From an uncultured Rhizobiaceae bacterium (GTDB lineage Bacteria > Pseudomonadota > Alphaproteobacteria > UBA828): a DNA stretch of 64,000 nt. This document shows, piece after piece, positions 1 through 10,636 of this stretch. The DNA is taken from NCBI GenBank assembly GCA_964413115.1, contig CAYPSQ010000003.1, forward strand, positions 23,174 to 87,173, read 5' to 3'. The notes beneath the pieces are model-generated. The model saw only the letters and a list, made by a program, of their open reading frames with translations. It was not told where the DNA came from and searched no databases. Both the position numbers and the translations under genes were made by a program. The number at the start of each line of letters is the position of its first letter. The stretch's first letter is position 1.

Positions 1-60
1 GAACCGGCTGAAAAAGTGCTCGAATATCTCGAAGGCATAGAGCCCTTCGCTAATCGCTAA
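1..60 (+). CDS. 3' end of unidentified upstream gene (partial; ...EPAEKVLEYLEGIEPFANR*)
   Basis: Open frame running off the window start and ending at TAA 58-60. No recognisable motif. Confidence 0.25.
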   Translation, partial: EPAEKVLEYLEGIEPFANR

Positions 61-161
61 TTAGATTTGCATGCGCCCGGGCTAGGCGTAGGCGGTGATT
101 TGGTTATGATGGCTGCGCTCGGGAAATTCTGCCCAGCTTCTAAGGTTGCCATGGCGAGGCG

Positions 162-1421
162 ATGAAAAACAACAAGCGCTATTCGATATTCAGCTTGGCG
201 CGCAATGCACGCAAGTATCATGAGAATTGGGCTGAGGCATGGCGTAGCCCCGAGCCCAAGGCTTCCTATGACGTCATCGTCGTGGGTGGCGGCGGCCATG
301 GCCTTGCCACCGCCTATTACCTCGCCAAGGAGCATGGTCTTACCAATGTGGCGGTTGTCGAGAAAGGCCCCATCGGCCTCGGCAACACCGGGCGGAACAC
401 CACCGTCATTCGCTCTAATTATTTATGGGACGAAAGTGCGGCGATCTATGAACTATCGCTGAAGCTCTACGAGGGCCTAAGCCAAGACCTCAATTTTAAT
501 ATCATGTTGAGTCAACGTGGGTTGATCAGCCTTGCGCATAATCAGCATGACATGCGCGAGATCCAGCGTCGCGTTAATGCCATCCGGCTGAACGGCATCG
601 ATTCCGAGATGCTCACTCTGACCGAGCTGCGAGAACAGGTACCCATCCTCAATATGTCGCCCAATTCGCGTTATCCCGTTATTGGCGCTTCGATCCAGCG
701 GCGCGGTGGGATCGCCCGCCATGATGCAGTTGCCTGGGGCTATGCGCGAGGCGCCGACGCTCGCGGCATCGACATTCTGCAGCACACGGAGGTGACCGGC
801 TTTCGCATTCAGTCGGGGCGCGTTGAGGGAGTTGAGACCGATCGGGGCTTCATCGCTGCACCCAAAGTCGCGGTCGCTGTCGCTGGTCATTCAAGCGTGC
901 TAGCGGATATGGCAGGATTTCGCATGCCGATCCAAAGCCACCCACTTCAGGCTCTGGTATCGGAACCACTCAAGCCAATCTTTAACACCGTTCTCATGTC
1001 GTCTACGGTTCATGTTTATCTCAGCCAGTCCGACCGTGGCGAACTAGTGATGGGCGCCGGTATCGATAGCTATAATTCTTATGCGCAACGCGGTAGCCCG
1101 ATGATTTTAGAAGACATGCTGGCCGCCGCCGTTGAACTGTTTCCAGTATTCAGCCGCATCAAGATGATGCGCCAATGGGGTGGCATCGTTGATGTCTGCC
1201 CGGATGCGAGCCCTATTATAGGCAAGACTCCTGTATCGGGGCTTTATTTCAATTGCGGCTGGGGTACCGGCGGCTTCAAGGCGATTCCGGGCTCCGGGTT
1301 TGTTTTCGCCCATACTATCGCGCAAAGTGAGCCACATAAGATCGCTGCGCCGTTCGCGCTCAACCGCTTCACTACCGGCGCGCTGATCGATGAGCATGGT
1401 GATGCCGGCGTGGCGCATTAG
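162..1421 (+). CDS. soxB: sarcosine oxidase beta subunit (heterotetrameric type)
   Basis: 419 aa with Rossmann motif [19 protein letters not shown]. Followed by the delta, alpha and gamma subunit genes in canonical order with overlapping stops and starts. Confidence 0.9.
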   Translation: MKNNKRYSIFSLARNARKYHENWAEAWRSPEPKASYDVIVVGGGGHGLATAYYLAKEHGLTNVAVVEKGPIGLGNTGRNTTVIRSNYLWDESAAIYELSLKLYEGLSQDLNFNIMLSQRGLISLAHNQHDMREIQRRVNAIRLNGIDSEMLTLTELREQVPILNMSPNSRYPVIGASIQRRGGIARHDAVAWGYARGADARGIDILQHTEVTGFRIQSGRVEGVETDRGFIAAPKVAVAVAGHSSVLADMAGFRMPIQSHPLQALVSEPLKPIFNTVLMSSTVHVYLSQSDRGELVMGAGIDSYNSYAQRGSPMILEDMLAAAVELFPVFSRIKMMRQWGGIVDVCPDASPIIGKTPVSGLYFNCGWGTGGFKAIPGSGFVFAHTIAQSEPHKIAAPFALNRFTTGALIDEHGDAGVAH

Positions 1422-1430
1422 GTCATAGAC

Positions 1431-1712
1431 ATGTTACAAATCGCCTGTCCCCATTGCGGCCCACGCGACGAGAATGAATTTTCCTGCGGCGGCGAAGCAC
1501 ATATCGTGCGACCCACCCAGCCTGACACGATCTCCGCCGCCGAATGGGCTGATTATCTGTTCATGCGCAGCAATCCCAAGGGCGGTCTCGCCGAGCGCTG
1601 GTGCCACACCCTTGGTTGTCGCCGCTGGTTCAATGTTGAACGCGACACGGTGACCCATGCGATACTTCGAGTCTACGCGATGGGTGCGCCACGCGGCAGC
1701 GGCAGCGCATGA
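1431..1712 (+). CDS. soxD: sarcosine oxidase delta subunit
   Basis: 93 aa with CPHCGPRDENEFSCGGE N-terminus typical of SoxD. ATGA overlap with soxA. Confidence 0.85.
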   Translation: MLQIACPHCGPRDENEFSCGGEAHIVRPTQPDTISAAEWADYLFMRSNPKGGLAERWCHTLGCRRWFNVERDTVTHAILRVYAMGAPRGSGSA

Positions 1713-4702
1713 GACGTCAGCGTCAGCGCCTTGATATCGGCGCCCGAATCGACCGCGGCCAGCGCTTAGCATTCCGCTTCAATGGCAAATCCTATGAGGG
1801 TTTTAGCGGCGATACTTTGGCTTCCGCCTTGCTCGCCAACGGGGTCCGTCTGGTCGGACGGAGTTTCAAATATCACCGCCCACGTGGAATTTATTCAGCA
1901 GGCATGGAAGAACCCAACGCCCTGGTTCAATTGGGAACGGGCGCCGCGAGTGAACCCAATTTGCGTGCCACGCAGGTGGAGCTTTTTGATGGCCTTAAAG
2001 CCACAAGTGTCAATTGCTGGCCGAGCGTCAAGTTTGATATCTGGTCGCTCAATGATCGCGTCTCTAGCATGTTACCGGCCGGTTTCTACTACAAGACCTT
2101 CATGTGGCCGAAAAGCTTCTGGCATCGCTACGAAAAAGTGATTCGCAAGGGCGCCGGCCTCGGTACCGTGCCTGAACTGCCTGATCACAATATTTACGAC
2201 AAACGCCACCAGCATTGCGATGTCCTCGTGGTTGGCGGCGGGCCGGCTGGAATCTCGGCGGCGCTCGCCGCCGGGCGCGCCGGCGCACGCGTTATCTTGG
2301 TCGATGAACAAGCCGAGTTGGGCGGCGCGCTCCTAGGCAATGGCGAGCGCATTGAATCGCGCTCTGGTGTCGATTGGGCGCTCGGCGCGCGCGCCAAACT
2401 AGACGGGATGGCGGAGGTGCAGGTGCTCACCCGCACCACGGCTTTCGGTTATTACGACCATAATTACCTGCTGATGGTTGAGCGTATAAATGACCATGTG
2501 GGCGCACCAGCCGGGTCGCTCCGCCAACGCCTGTGGAAAATACGCGCCCGTCAGGTGGTGTTGGCCACTGGCGCCATCGAGCGCCAGATGGTCTTCGCCA
2601 ATAATGACCGTCCGGGTATTATGCTCGCCGGCGCGGCACAGACCTATGTCAACCGTTATGGCGCTAAACCGGGAAACCGGGCGGCATTGTTTGTAAACAA
2701 TGACGGCGCCTATCGCGCCGCCCTTGATCTGGCTGACGCTGGAATCCGGGTCGAGGCGGTGGTTGATATGAGGGCCAATCCCAGCGGAGAGGCGGTGGCG
2801 GCGGTGCGTGAGCGTGGCATCGATATATTGGCGCATCACGCCGTTGGCGGTGCCCTCGGCAGCAAGAGTCTGCGCGCCATCGAAGTACTTGCGCTCAACA
2901 AAAAAGGCGATGGATTTGCCGGCGATATTCGGCGCCTACGCTGTGATCTGCTGTGTCTATCCGGCGGCTGGAGCCCTACCGTGCATCTGTTCTCGCAAGC
3001 CGGTGGCAAGCTCGATTTCGACGATAAACAGGCCTGTTTTGTGCCCGGTGAAGCCCGTCAAGAAGTTTTATCCGCGGGTGCTGCGAATGGTGTCTTTGCC
3101 CTTCAAGGATGCCTTTCCGGCGGTACTGGGGCGGGTCGCGAGGCGGCGCGGAAAGCCGGTTTCGAAGATCCCGGCGCGCCGGCTGCTTTACCCTTCAGTC
3201 CACCCGAGTCTAAACCTCTAAACATGGTGTGGCGTCTGCCGCCGGTATCCAAGGGCGAGATGCGCTTTGTTGATCTTCATAACGATGTCACGGTGTCGGA
3301 TATTGAGCTGGCTGCACGCGAGGGCTACCGCGCGATTGAACATTTAAAACGCTACACCACCGCCGGCATGGGACCCGATCAAGGGCGGACTGGTAACATG
3401 CACGCTCTTGCCACACTCGCTGATATTGAGGGTGCTACGATCCCTGAAGTTGGTACCACCACGTTCCGTCCACCCTACACGCCGGTGCCTTATGGTGTTA
3501 TGGCCGGGCGCGATGTCGGCGTGCTGGCCGATCCGGTGCGTATGACCGCGATCCATGGCTGGCATGAACGCTCCGGCGCCGTGTTCGATGATGTCGGCCA
3601 GTGGAAGCGTCCCTGGTACTACCCCCGCACCGGCGAGGATATGGCGGCAGCAGTACGGCGCGAATGTATAGCGGCACGAAACGGTGTGGCACTCTTGGAC
3701 GCCTCCACTCTTGGCAAGATCGATATACACGGGCCGGATGCCGCCGAGTTCCTCAATCGAATCTACACCAATTCATGGAGTAAGCTTGCCGTCGGTCGTT
3801 GCCGCTATGGCCTAATGCTCGGCGAAGACGGCATGGTTATGGATGATGGCGTGACCACTCGGTTGGGTGACACGCATTATTTCATGACCACCACCACCGG
3901 TGGCGCGGCGCAGGTGATGGCGTGGATGGAGGATTGGCTGCAATGTGAGTGGCCGGACCTGCAGGTCTATCTGACTTCGGTGACCGAGCAATGGGCAACA
4001 TTGTCGATTTCCGGACCACACGCCCGCCGGCTGCTGAGTGAGCTGGCCGAGGGCGTTGATCTCACGGCCGAAACTTTCCCCCATATGGCGATGCGCGAAG
4101 GCCGGGTTGCCGGTATCGATGCGCGCATCTTCCGGGTCAGCTTCACCGGCGAGCTCGGCTATGAGGTCAGTGTAGCCAACTGCTACAGTTTAGCCTTGTG
4201 GCAAGCCTTTCTGCGTGTTGGCGAAAACTATGACCTGACCCCGATCGGTATCGAAGCGCTGCATGTTCTGCGCGCTGAAAAAGGCTATATCGCGGTCGGT
4301 CACGATACCGATGGAACGACCACACCGGGAGACCTCGGCATGGATTGGATCGTCAGCACAAAGAAGGATTTCATCGGTCGCCGTTCCCTTGCACGCACCG
4401 ATTCTATTCGTGCTGACCGCAAGCATTTGGTTGGTCTTCTGTTAGAAGCACGCGTGCCGGAAGGAGCACAGATTGTCGCCGAGCACAGCCGCCGTCCACC
4501 GATGAAGATGATCGGCCATGTGTCCTCGTGCTATGACAGCGCCGCGCTCGACCGGCCCATCGCCTTGGCTCTGATCGTCGGCGGACGTGAGCGCATGGGC
4601 GAGACAGTTACAATACCCCTGACTATGGAGGGGCGCGTGGTAAAGGCAGAAATTGTTAGCCCGGTATTCTACGACCCGGAGGGAAAGCGGTTAAATGTCT
4701 GA
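1709..4702 (+). CDS. soxA: sarcosine oxidase alpha subunit
   Basis: 997 aa. N-terminal motif GDTLASALLANGVRLVGRSFKYHRPRG and two dinucleotide-binding GG motifs. C-terminal aminomethyltransferase-like region. Confidence 0.9.
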   Translation: MRRQRQRLDIGARIDRGQRLAFRFNGKSYEGFSGDTLASALLANGVRLVGRSFKYHRPRGIYSAGMEEPNALVQLGTGAASEPNLRATQVELFDGLKATSVNCWPSVKFDIWSLNDRVSSMLPAGFYYKTFMWPKSFWHRYEKVIRKGAGLGTVPELPDHNIYDKRHQHCDVLVVGGGPAGISAALAAGRAGARVILVDEQAELGGALLGNGERIESRSGVDWALGARAKLDGMAEVQVLTRTTAFGYYDHNYLLMVERINDHVGAPAGSLRQRLWKIRARQVVLATGAIERQMVFANNDRPGIMLAGAAQTYVNRYGAKPGNRAALFVNNDGAYRAALDLADAGIRVEAVVDMRANPSGEAVAAVRERGIDILAHHAVGGALGSKSLRAIEVLALNKKGDGFAGDIRRLRCDLLCLSGGWSPTVHLFSQAGGKLDFDDKQACFVPGEARQEVLSAGAANGVFALQGCLSGGTGAGREAARKAGFEDPGAPAALPFSPPESKPLNMVWRLPPVSKGEMRFVDLHNDVTVSDIELAAREGYRAIEHLKRYTTAGMGPDQGRTGNMHALATLADIEGATIPEVGTTTFRPPYTPVPYGVMAGRDVGVLADPVRMTAIHGWHERSGAVFDDVGQWKRPWYYPRTGEDMAAAVRRECIAARNGVALLDASTLGKIDIHGPDAAEFLNRIYTNSWSKLAVGRCRYGLMLGEDGMVMDDGVTTRLGDTHYFMTTTTGGAAQVMAWMEDWLQCEWPDLQVYLTSVTEQWATLSISGPHARRLLSELAEGVDLTAETFPHMAMREGRVAGIDARIFRVSFTGELGYEVSVANCYSLALWQAFLRVGENYDLTPIGIEALHVLRAEKGYIAVGHDTDGTTTPGDLGMDWIVSTKKDFIGRRSLARTDSIRADRKHLVGLLLEARVPEGAQIVAEHSRRPPMKMIGHVSSCYDSAALDRPIALALIVGGRERMGETVTIPLTMEGRVVKAEIVSPVFYDPEGKRLNV

Positions 4703-5309
4703 TCCTTCGCTCCGTCAGAGCCCCCTGGCGACGCTTCATCTCGGTAGTCGGGTGGCTCACCCCGCGCCCAACTCCGAAGTGCAGTTAGTGGAGAAATACG
4801 CCGTTGGCAAAATTAACTTGCGTGCTGATCCGGCCAATGCCGTGCTGATGCAGGCGCTTGCGGGCTCGCTCGGCTATGAACTGCCGCGTGAGCCCAACCG
4901 AACGAACGGGGAAGGAGATTGTTGCGCGCTGTCGTTGGGCCCCGACGAATGGTTGGTGACAAGTCCGGTGGGACAGGAAAAGGCGCTCTTTGAGGCGCTG
5001 TCCCAGGCAGTGGCAGGCCATCATGTAGCGCTCAACGACGTTAGCGACGCGCGCATCGTATTGACGTTGTCGGGTCGGCGTGCCTGTGCAGTGCTGGAGC
5101 AGGGCTGTAGCCTCGACCTCCACCCGCGCGCCTTTCAGACCGGACATTGTGCGCAAACCCGCCTCGCCCGCGCGGCAATCTTGCTGCATCGGACCGGTGA
5201 TACGCCGGCCTTTGATATTCATGTCGCTTGGAGTTTTGCTGCTTATCTCTGGGTATGGCTGGAGGATGCGGCGGCTGAATTTGGTTTGGTGGTTGGAGGG
5301 GATAGCTAA
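4695..5309 (+). CDS. soxG: sarcosine oxidase gamma subunit
   Basis: 204 aa. Position after soxA with 8-bp overlap, size and composition typical of SoxG. Confidence 0.75.
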   Translation: MSDPSLRQSPLATLHLGSRVAHPAPNSEVQLVEKYAVGKINLRADPANAVLMQALAGSLGYELPREPNRTNGEGDCCALSLGPDEWLVTSPVGQEKALFEALSQAVAGHHVALNDVSDARIVLTLSGRRACAVLEQGCSLDLHPRAFQTGHCAQTRLARAAILLHRTGDTPAFDIHVAWSFAAYLWVWLEDAAAEFGLVVGGDS

Positions 5310-5321
5310 GAAGACAGTGGC

Positions 5322-6974
5322 CTACTCGTCCATCTGCGGTCCGCTGGCGTTAAGGTTTCGCATATCGGTCTTGATGTGTAGCAGCGATGGCCGGCTGTTT
5401 TCGGCCAACGCTGCCGCCAGGGCATCCGCAAAATCCGCCGTCCGTTCGACGCACCAAGCGGCGGCGCCATAGGCCCGGGCGAGGGCAGCGAAATCTGGGC
5501 TATTCATCACTGTGCCATACATTGCCTCACGTCCGCCGCGGCGGTACTGATGGGTGGCGATTGAGCCGTACATGCCATTGTCGAACAGTAATACCGTAAA
5601 GGGCAGGTTTTGCTGAACGCCGGTGACAATCTCCTGCCCTGTCATGAGAAAGCCACCATCACCTACCAATGCGACAACCTGTGAATCAGGGCGTGCCAGC
5701 TGCGTCCCGATGGCGCCGGGAACCGCGTATCCCATGGCGCCGAGGCAGGCGGCAAACTGACTGCGCGGCGTACGGAATTCGAAATAGCGATGCAGCCAGC
5801 CGGCGAAGGCGCCGGAATCATTCACCAGACATGCGTCGTCAGGCAGTTGGCGGCGTAAATGCGCGATGATTTCAGCCATGTCGACCGCGCCCAAACATTG
5901 CGCCGTTGAATCTAGTCCGGGCGTGGCGTGGGTAATATGTTCGCGGTGGCGCGCTTCGCGCCATGCCAGGCGGCTATTTGACGGCGAGTTTTGCAAGCAT
6001 TCTGTGAGCGCCTCTAGACTGGGTGCTAGGTCGGCTTCAAGCGCCACATGCGGCGAAGTCTGGGCGAAAGCTACACCTTCAGGATAAATATGGACCACCT
6101 GCTGGTTGGCGCGGAGAAGCGAGTAGCCCTGCAGTGTTGCGCCGTCGGGCCGCGCGCCGGCAATCATAACGAGATCGACGTCAGCCCAGAAACTTTCCTG
6201 GTAGGGCGCGAGGCGAAGGCCGAAATGACCAAGATTGGCGGTATGTCTATGCGCTAGGATATCCTGGCGACGAAATGCGCTGATCACGCCTGCACCCGCC
6301 GCTTCGGCGAAGTGCATCAGCGCCGAATGTGCGCCCTCAAAATTGACCTGTTCACCACCTATGATGACGGGGTGCTGGGCCGCGTCGATCATGCGCGCCG
6401 CCTTGTCGAGCGCCTCTGACTTTGGCACGAGTACCACACGCGGTTTGTCGGTGGGAATTTTTGCCCCGTTCGCCCCGCTCTCTGTAACATCTTCTGGCAG
6501 CACCACGGCGACTGGCCCCGGCCGTCCAGCGACTGATAGCTGGAGCGCTTCTGCAGTGGCTGCCGCGACATCCTCTGGCCGCATGACTTCGATCACACTT
6601 TTAGTCATCGGCCCGAATGCAGTCGGATAGTTGATTTCCTGAAACGCTTCGCGCCCCATTTCTCTCGTCGGCACATGGCCGATAAAGAGAACAAGCGGCG
6701 TCGAATCCTGTTTCGCGGTGTGTAGGCCGATTGATGCATTGGTGGCGCCAGGGCCGCGCGTAACGAAGGCGATGCCAGGCTTTGCTGTCGCCTTGGCATA
6801 GGCCTCGGCGGCGAACGTGGCGCCCGATTCATGGCGGTTGAGTACGAGGCGGATGCGCGCCTGCGCCTGGCGCAAGGCTTCCAGAACGGTGAGATAACTC
6901 TCGCCGGGAACGCAAAAACCGGTATCGACGCCATGTTCCAAAAGCGTCGCAACCAGTATCTCTCCGCCGTTCAT
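5322..6974 (-). CDS. thiamine-pyrophosphate-dependent enzyme, acetolactate-synthase-large-subunit-like (IlvB/POX family)
   Basis: 550 aa with three-domain TPP-enzyme layout. C-terminal GDGGF...N motif (VALVGDGGFLMTGQEIVT...FDNGMYG). Ends 12 bp from the soxG stop (convergent). Confidence 0.8.
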   Translation of the reverse strand: MNGGEILVATLLEHGVDTGFCVPGESYLTVLEALRQAQARIRLVLNRHESGATFAAEAYAKATAKPGIAFVTRGPGATNASIGLHTAKQDSTPLVLFIGHVPTREMGREAFQEINYPTAFGPMTKSVIEVMRPEDVAAATAEALQLSVAGRPGPVAVVLPEDVTESGANGAKIPTDKPRVVLVPKSEALDKAARMIDAAQHPVIIGGEQVNFEGAHSALMHFAEAAGAGVISAFRRQDILAHRHTANLGHFGLRLAPYQESFWADVDLVMIAGARPDGATLQGYSLLRANQQVVHIYPEGVAFAQTSPHVALEADLAPSLEALTECLQNSPSNSRLAWREARHREHITHATPGLDSTAQCLGAVDMAEIIAHLRRQLPDDACLVNDSGAFAGWLHRYFEFRTPRSQFAACLGAMGYAVPGAIGTQLARPDSQVVALVGDGGFLMTGQEIVTGVQQNLPFTVLLFDNGMYGSIATHQYRRGGREAMYGTVMNSPDFAALARAYGAAAWCVERTADFADALAAALAENSRPSLLHIKTDMRNLNASGPQMDE

Positions 6975-6986
6975 TGGTATGAGTTC

Positions 6987-7865
6987 TCAGCCAGCAAAGC
7001 GCGGCTCCGGAAGTCCGGTTACGCCACAGCCGGTGACGGCAAGGACGTTGCCGGCAAGCGGTTTCTCGGCGAGTTGGGCGTCGCTTAGTTCAACCCGCGC
7101 ACTGGTGATATAAATTATGTCGAGATCATCACTGCCGAACATGGGGCAGGTCGGGTTGTGTACTGGAAGGTCTATCTTGCGGTCAATGCTACCATCCGGC
7201 GCCCAGCGTATTAGACAGGCGCCACCCCACATGGCGTTCCACAGATACCCCTCTGCATCGACCGTAGAACCGTCCGGGCCACCGGCCAAATGCTTGGTCG
7301 ATGCGAAGACGCGTCTGTTGCTAATCTCGCCACTGTCTACCTCCAAATCGTAGGCCCAAATTTCCTTGTTCAGGGTATCGCAAAAATAAAGCGTGTTGCC
7401 ATCAGGACTGAAAGCAGTCGAATTGGAAACGACGATGCCAGTTTCTTGCACGGAAAAGCCGAGATCGCCGTCGAGCCGATAGAGCGAACCACAGGGGTTG
7501 ATATGGTTATCGTCCATGGTTCCGGCCCAGAACCGGCCCTGACGGTCGCAGCGGCCGTCATTAAAGCGACTGTTGGGGTTCTCCTGCTCGTGGTCATGGA
7601 TGATTTCAATGGCGCCACTCGCAGGGTCGAAAAAGCGAAAGCCGTTCCACCAGGCAGTGACAAGGCCTTTGCCGTTTTGACGGAGCGCCATACTACCGGG
7701 CTCCTCTGGCGTTTCCCAGCTCTTCGTTTCACCGCTGGCCGGTTCGTGCCGCCAGATCGATTTTCCTTTGATGTCGAGCCAATAGAGCGCCTGCTCGACC
7801 GGGCACCAGACTGGTCCTTCACCGAGTTCGTTACGGCACTCGACCACGCTTGTCACCTCGATCAT
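6987..7865 (-). CDS. SMP-30/gluconolactonase/LRE-family lactonase (paralog 1)
   Basis: 292 aa with motifs LGEGPVWCP and DGRCDRQGRFWAGTMDD. Strong similarity to the adjacent ORF. Confidence 0.85.
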   Translation of the reverse strand: MIEVTSVVECRNELGEGPVWCPVEQALYWLDIKGKSIWRHEPASGETKSWETPEEPGSMALRQNGKGLVTAWWNGFRFFDPASGAIEIIHDHEQENPNSRFNDGRCDRQGRFWAGTMDDNHINPCGSLYRLDGDLGFSVQETGIVVSNSTAFSPDGNTLYFCDTLNKEIWAYDLEVDSGEISNRRVFASTKHLAGGPDGSTVDAEGYLWNAMWGGACLIRWAPDGSIDRKIDLPVHNPTCPMFGSDDLDIIYITSARVELSDAQLAEKPLAGNVLAVTGCGVTGLPEPRFAG

Positions 7866-7876
7866 GGCGCTGGCCC

Positions 7877-8752
7877 CTATCCGGCGAAGCGCGGCTCGGG
7901 CAGGCCAGTGGCACCAGCCCCGGTGATGGCAAAAACTCCGCCAGCTTGTGGCTGTTTGGCTAGGTCGTCATCACTCAAAAAGATGCTGGCACAGGTGAGA
8001 TAGATGGTGTCGAGATCGTCGCCGCCAAACATCGGGCAGGTCGGGCGTTGCACCGGCAGCTCAATGGTCCGGTCCAGCGTACCATCAGGCGCCCAGCGCG
8101 CTAGGCACCAGCCATCCCACATGGCATTCCACAGATAGCCCTCCGAATCTACGGCGGAGCCGTCCGGTTTTCCTTGCATATCTTTAGTTGAGGCGAAGAC
8201 ACGGCGATTAGTAATCGCACCGGTTGCGGTATCTAAATCATAGGCCCAGATGGTATCGATGCCGAGATCGGCATAGTAGAGCGTGGCGCCGTCCGGGCTG
8301 AAGGCGAGGGAATTAGAACAGATGATATTGTTCTCGGCCTTATGCACACTGAGGTCGGCGTCTAGGCGATAAAGACCGCCAAGCGGCTCTACCATCAGAT
8401 CGTCCATTGTGCCGGCCCAAAAGCGGCCTTGGCGATCACAGCGGCCGTCATTCAGGCGGCTTTGCGGCGTATCGGCCTCGATTTCATGAATAGTCTCGGT
8501 GATGTCGTTGTCTAGGTCGTACGCGCGAAAGCCGCCATAAAACGCCACCATCAGCCCGCCGTCCCGGCGCAATGCTAGCGAGCCTGGTTCCTCATCAACC
8601 GGCCAGGTTTCGACGCCGCCTGAAGCCGGCGTGAAGCGGTTGATCGATTTGCCTTTGATATCAACCCAGTATAGCGATTTCTCGTCAGGGCACCAGACTG
8701 GGCCCTCGCCAAGCACATTCTTACAGTCCACCACGCATTCGATCTCGACCAT
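7877..8752 (-). CDS. SMP-30/gluconolactonase/LRE-family lactonase (paralog 2)
   Basis: Track ORF trimmed to the internal Met (MVEIECVVDCKNVLGEGPVW) that aligns with paralog 1 and has a GAGGGA RBS. Shares long identical blocks with paralog 1. Confidence 0.8.
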   Translation of the reverse strand: MVEIECVVDCKNVLGEGPVWCPDEKSLYWVDIKGKSINRFTPASGGVETWPVDEEPGSLALRRDGGLMVAFYGGFRAYDLDNDITETIHEIEADTPQSRLNDGRCDRQGRFWAGTMDDLMVEPLGGLYRLDADLSVHKAENNIICSNSLAFSPDGATLYYADLGIDTIWAYDLDTATGAITNRRVFASTKDMQGKPDGSAVDSEGYLWNAMWDGWCLARWAPDGTLDRTIELPVQRPTCPMFGGDDLDTIYLTCASIFLSDDDLAKQPQAGGVFAITGAGATGLPEPRFAG

Positions 8753-8856
8753 TGATGTCCCTCGGACTAGTGTTTCTGCCGCCATGTAACGGGGCGAGAT
8801 AATCGGGGCAAACGCGAGCCGCGTCAACGCGCGCGGTTGTCCCAGACAGGGGATTC

Positions 8857-10587
8857 ATGAAAAAGAAATCTGACGGACTGCGCGGCTCGTTGACGAGCTA
8901 TGGTGATGCTGGCTTTTCTTATTTTTTGCGTAAATCCTTTGCCAAATCCTTAGGCTATAGCGATGACGAGCTGGAGCGCCCGGTGGTCGGTATCGCCAAC
9001 ACCGCAAGCGGTATGGTCAGTTGCCACGGCACGGTGCCGCAGCTTGTCGAGGCTGTGAAGCGCGGCGTTACCGCTGCCGGCGGCCTGCCGCTCGAATTTC
9101 CCACTATTTCACTAGGTGAGCCGTTCCTCAACCCGACCAGTATGTTGTTTCGTAATCTGATGGCGATCGACACCGAGGAGATGATCCGCGCCCATCCGGT
9201 CGATGCGGTTGTCCTGATTGGCGGCTGCGATAAGACCGTTCCGGCTCAGTTGATGGCAGCAGCCAGTGCAGACGTGCCGACCATTCTTCTCGTCACTGGC
9301 CCGATGATGACTGGCAGTCACCGCGGCGAGCGCCTCGGCGCTTGCACAGATTGTCGGCGTCTCTGGGGCGAACATCGCGGCGGGCGGATCGACGCGGCGG
9401 AGATCGAAGAAATCTCGGGTCGGCTGATGCCGACGTCGGGCACCTGTATGGTAATGGGTACAGCTAGCACCATGGCCTGCGTCACCGAAGCGCTCGGCAT
9501 GATGCTGCCGGGTGGCGCCGCCATTCCGGCGGTCCATTCTGATCGTTTGCGCAATGCCAGCGAAAGCGGATCGGCAGCAGTCCGTATGATCAAGAACGGC
9601 GGCCCGCGGCCCAGCGAGATCATCACCCCCGCTTCACTCAGCAACGCTTTCCGGGTCCTCCTGGCGATCGGCGGCTCGACCAACGGCGTCATCCATCTCG
9701 CCGCGCTCGCCGGCCGCCTCGGTATTGAAATCGACTATTCCGCGCTCGACCGTTTGGGCCGCGAGACGCCGGTCCTGGTCGATCTTAAACCCTCCGGCGC
9801 GCATTACATGGAAGACTTGCAGAAGGCCGGCGGCCTCGCGCCGCTGTTGCGCGAATTGGCGCCGCTTCTCGATCTCGACTGCCTAACTGTAACCGGCCGC
9901 AGCCTCGGCGAGGAGTTGGAGGCCGCCGCGCCACCCTGGCCGCAGGAAGTTGTGCGTCCGCGCGATCAGCCGCTTCATGCGGAAGGGGGTATCGCCGTTC
10001 TGGGGGGCAATCTGGCGCCGGGCGGAGCGATAATTAAACATTCGGCTGCAACGCCGGCGCTGCTTTGCGTTGAAGGCCGTGCTGTAGTGTTCGATTCACT
10101 CGAGGATATGGCCGCGCGCATCGATGATCCAGCGCTCGACGTGACAGCGGAAGATGTGTTGGTCCTTCGCAATGCCGGGCCGATCGGCGCGCCAGGCATG
10201 CCGGAAGCAGGATACATTCCGATACCGAAAAAATTGGCCGAAGCCGGCGTCAAGGACATGCTGCGCATCTCGGACGCGCGCATGAGCGGTACCGCCTTCG
10301 GTGCAATCGTCCTTCATCTCTGCCCCGAAGCTGCGATCGGTGGTCCGTTGGCACTGGTGCAAAACGGCGACCGTATCCGCCTTGACGTGCCGTCCCGTCG
10401 CCTCGATGTTTTGGTGTCGGATGAAGAGATGGAAACCCGCCGTAAAGCCTGGACGCCGCCGGCGCCCCACCCCGGCGCCGAGCGCGGCTGGTTGGCGCTT
10501 CATATCGCTCATGTACAGCAGGCCGATAAAGGCTGCGATCTCGATATTCTCGCTGGTAAACCGAGCGGTGCGCGCGCGCCGGCATAA
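8857..10587 (+). CDS. IlvD/EDD-family dehydratase (sugar-acid/dihydroxy-acid dehydratase family)
   Basis: 576 aa with N-terminal PVVGIANTASGMVSCHG and Cys-containing Fe-S cluster motifs typical of IlvD/Edd. Divergent from the lactonase pair. Confidence 0.85.
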   Translation: MKKKSDGLRGSLTSYGDAGFSYFLRKSFAKSLGYSDDELERPVVGIANTASGMVSCHGTVPQLVEAVKRGVTAAGGLPLEFPTISLGEPFLNPTSMLFRNLMAIDTEEMIRAHPVDAVVLIGGCDKTVPAQLMAAASADVPTILLVTGPMMTGSHRGERLGACTDCRRLWGEHRGGRIDAAEIEEISGRLMPTSGTCMVMGTASTMACVTEALGMMLPGGAAIPAVHSDRLRNASESGSAAVRMIKNGGPRPSEIITPASLSNAFRVLLAIGGSTNGVIHLAALAGRLGIEIDYSALDRLGRETPVLVDLKPSGAHYMEDLQKAGGLAPLLRELAPLLDLDCLTVTGRSLGEELEAAAPPWPQEVVRPRDQPLHAEGGIAVLGGNLAPGGAIIKHSAATPALLCVEGRAVVFDSLEDMAARIDDPALDVTAEDVLVLRNAGPIGAPGMPEAGYIPIPKKLAEAGVKDMLRISDARMSGTAFGAIVLHLCPEAAIGGPLALVQNGDRIRLDVPSRRLDVLVSDEEMETRRKAWTPPAPHPGAERGWLALHIAHVQQADKGCDLDILAGKPSGARAPA

Positions 10588-10636
10588 ATTGTTTCGGGCA
10601 AAGTTTATGCTTTCGACGTGATGACAGGAGTAGGAT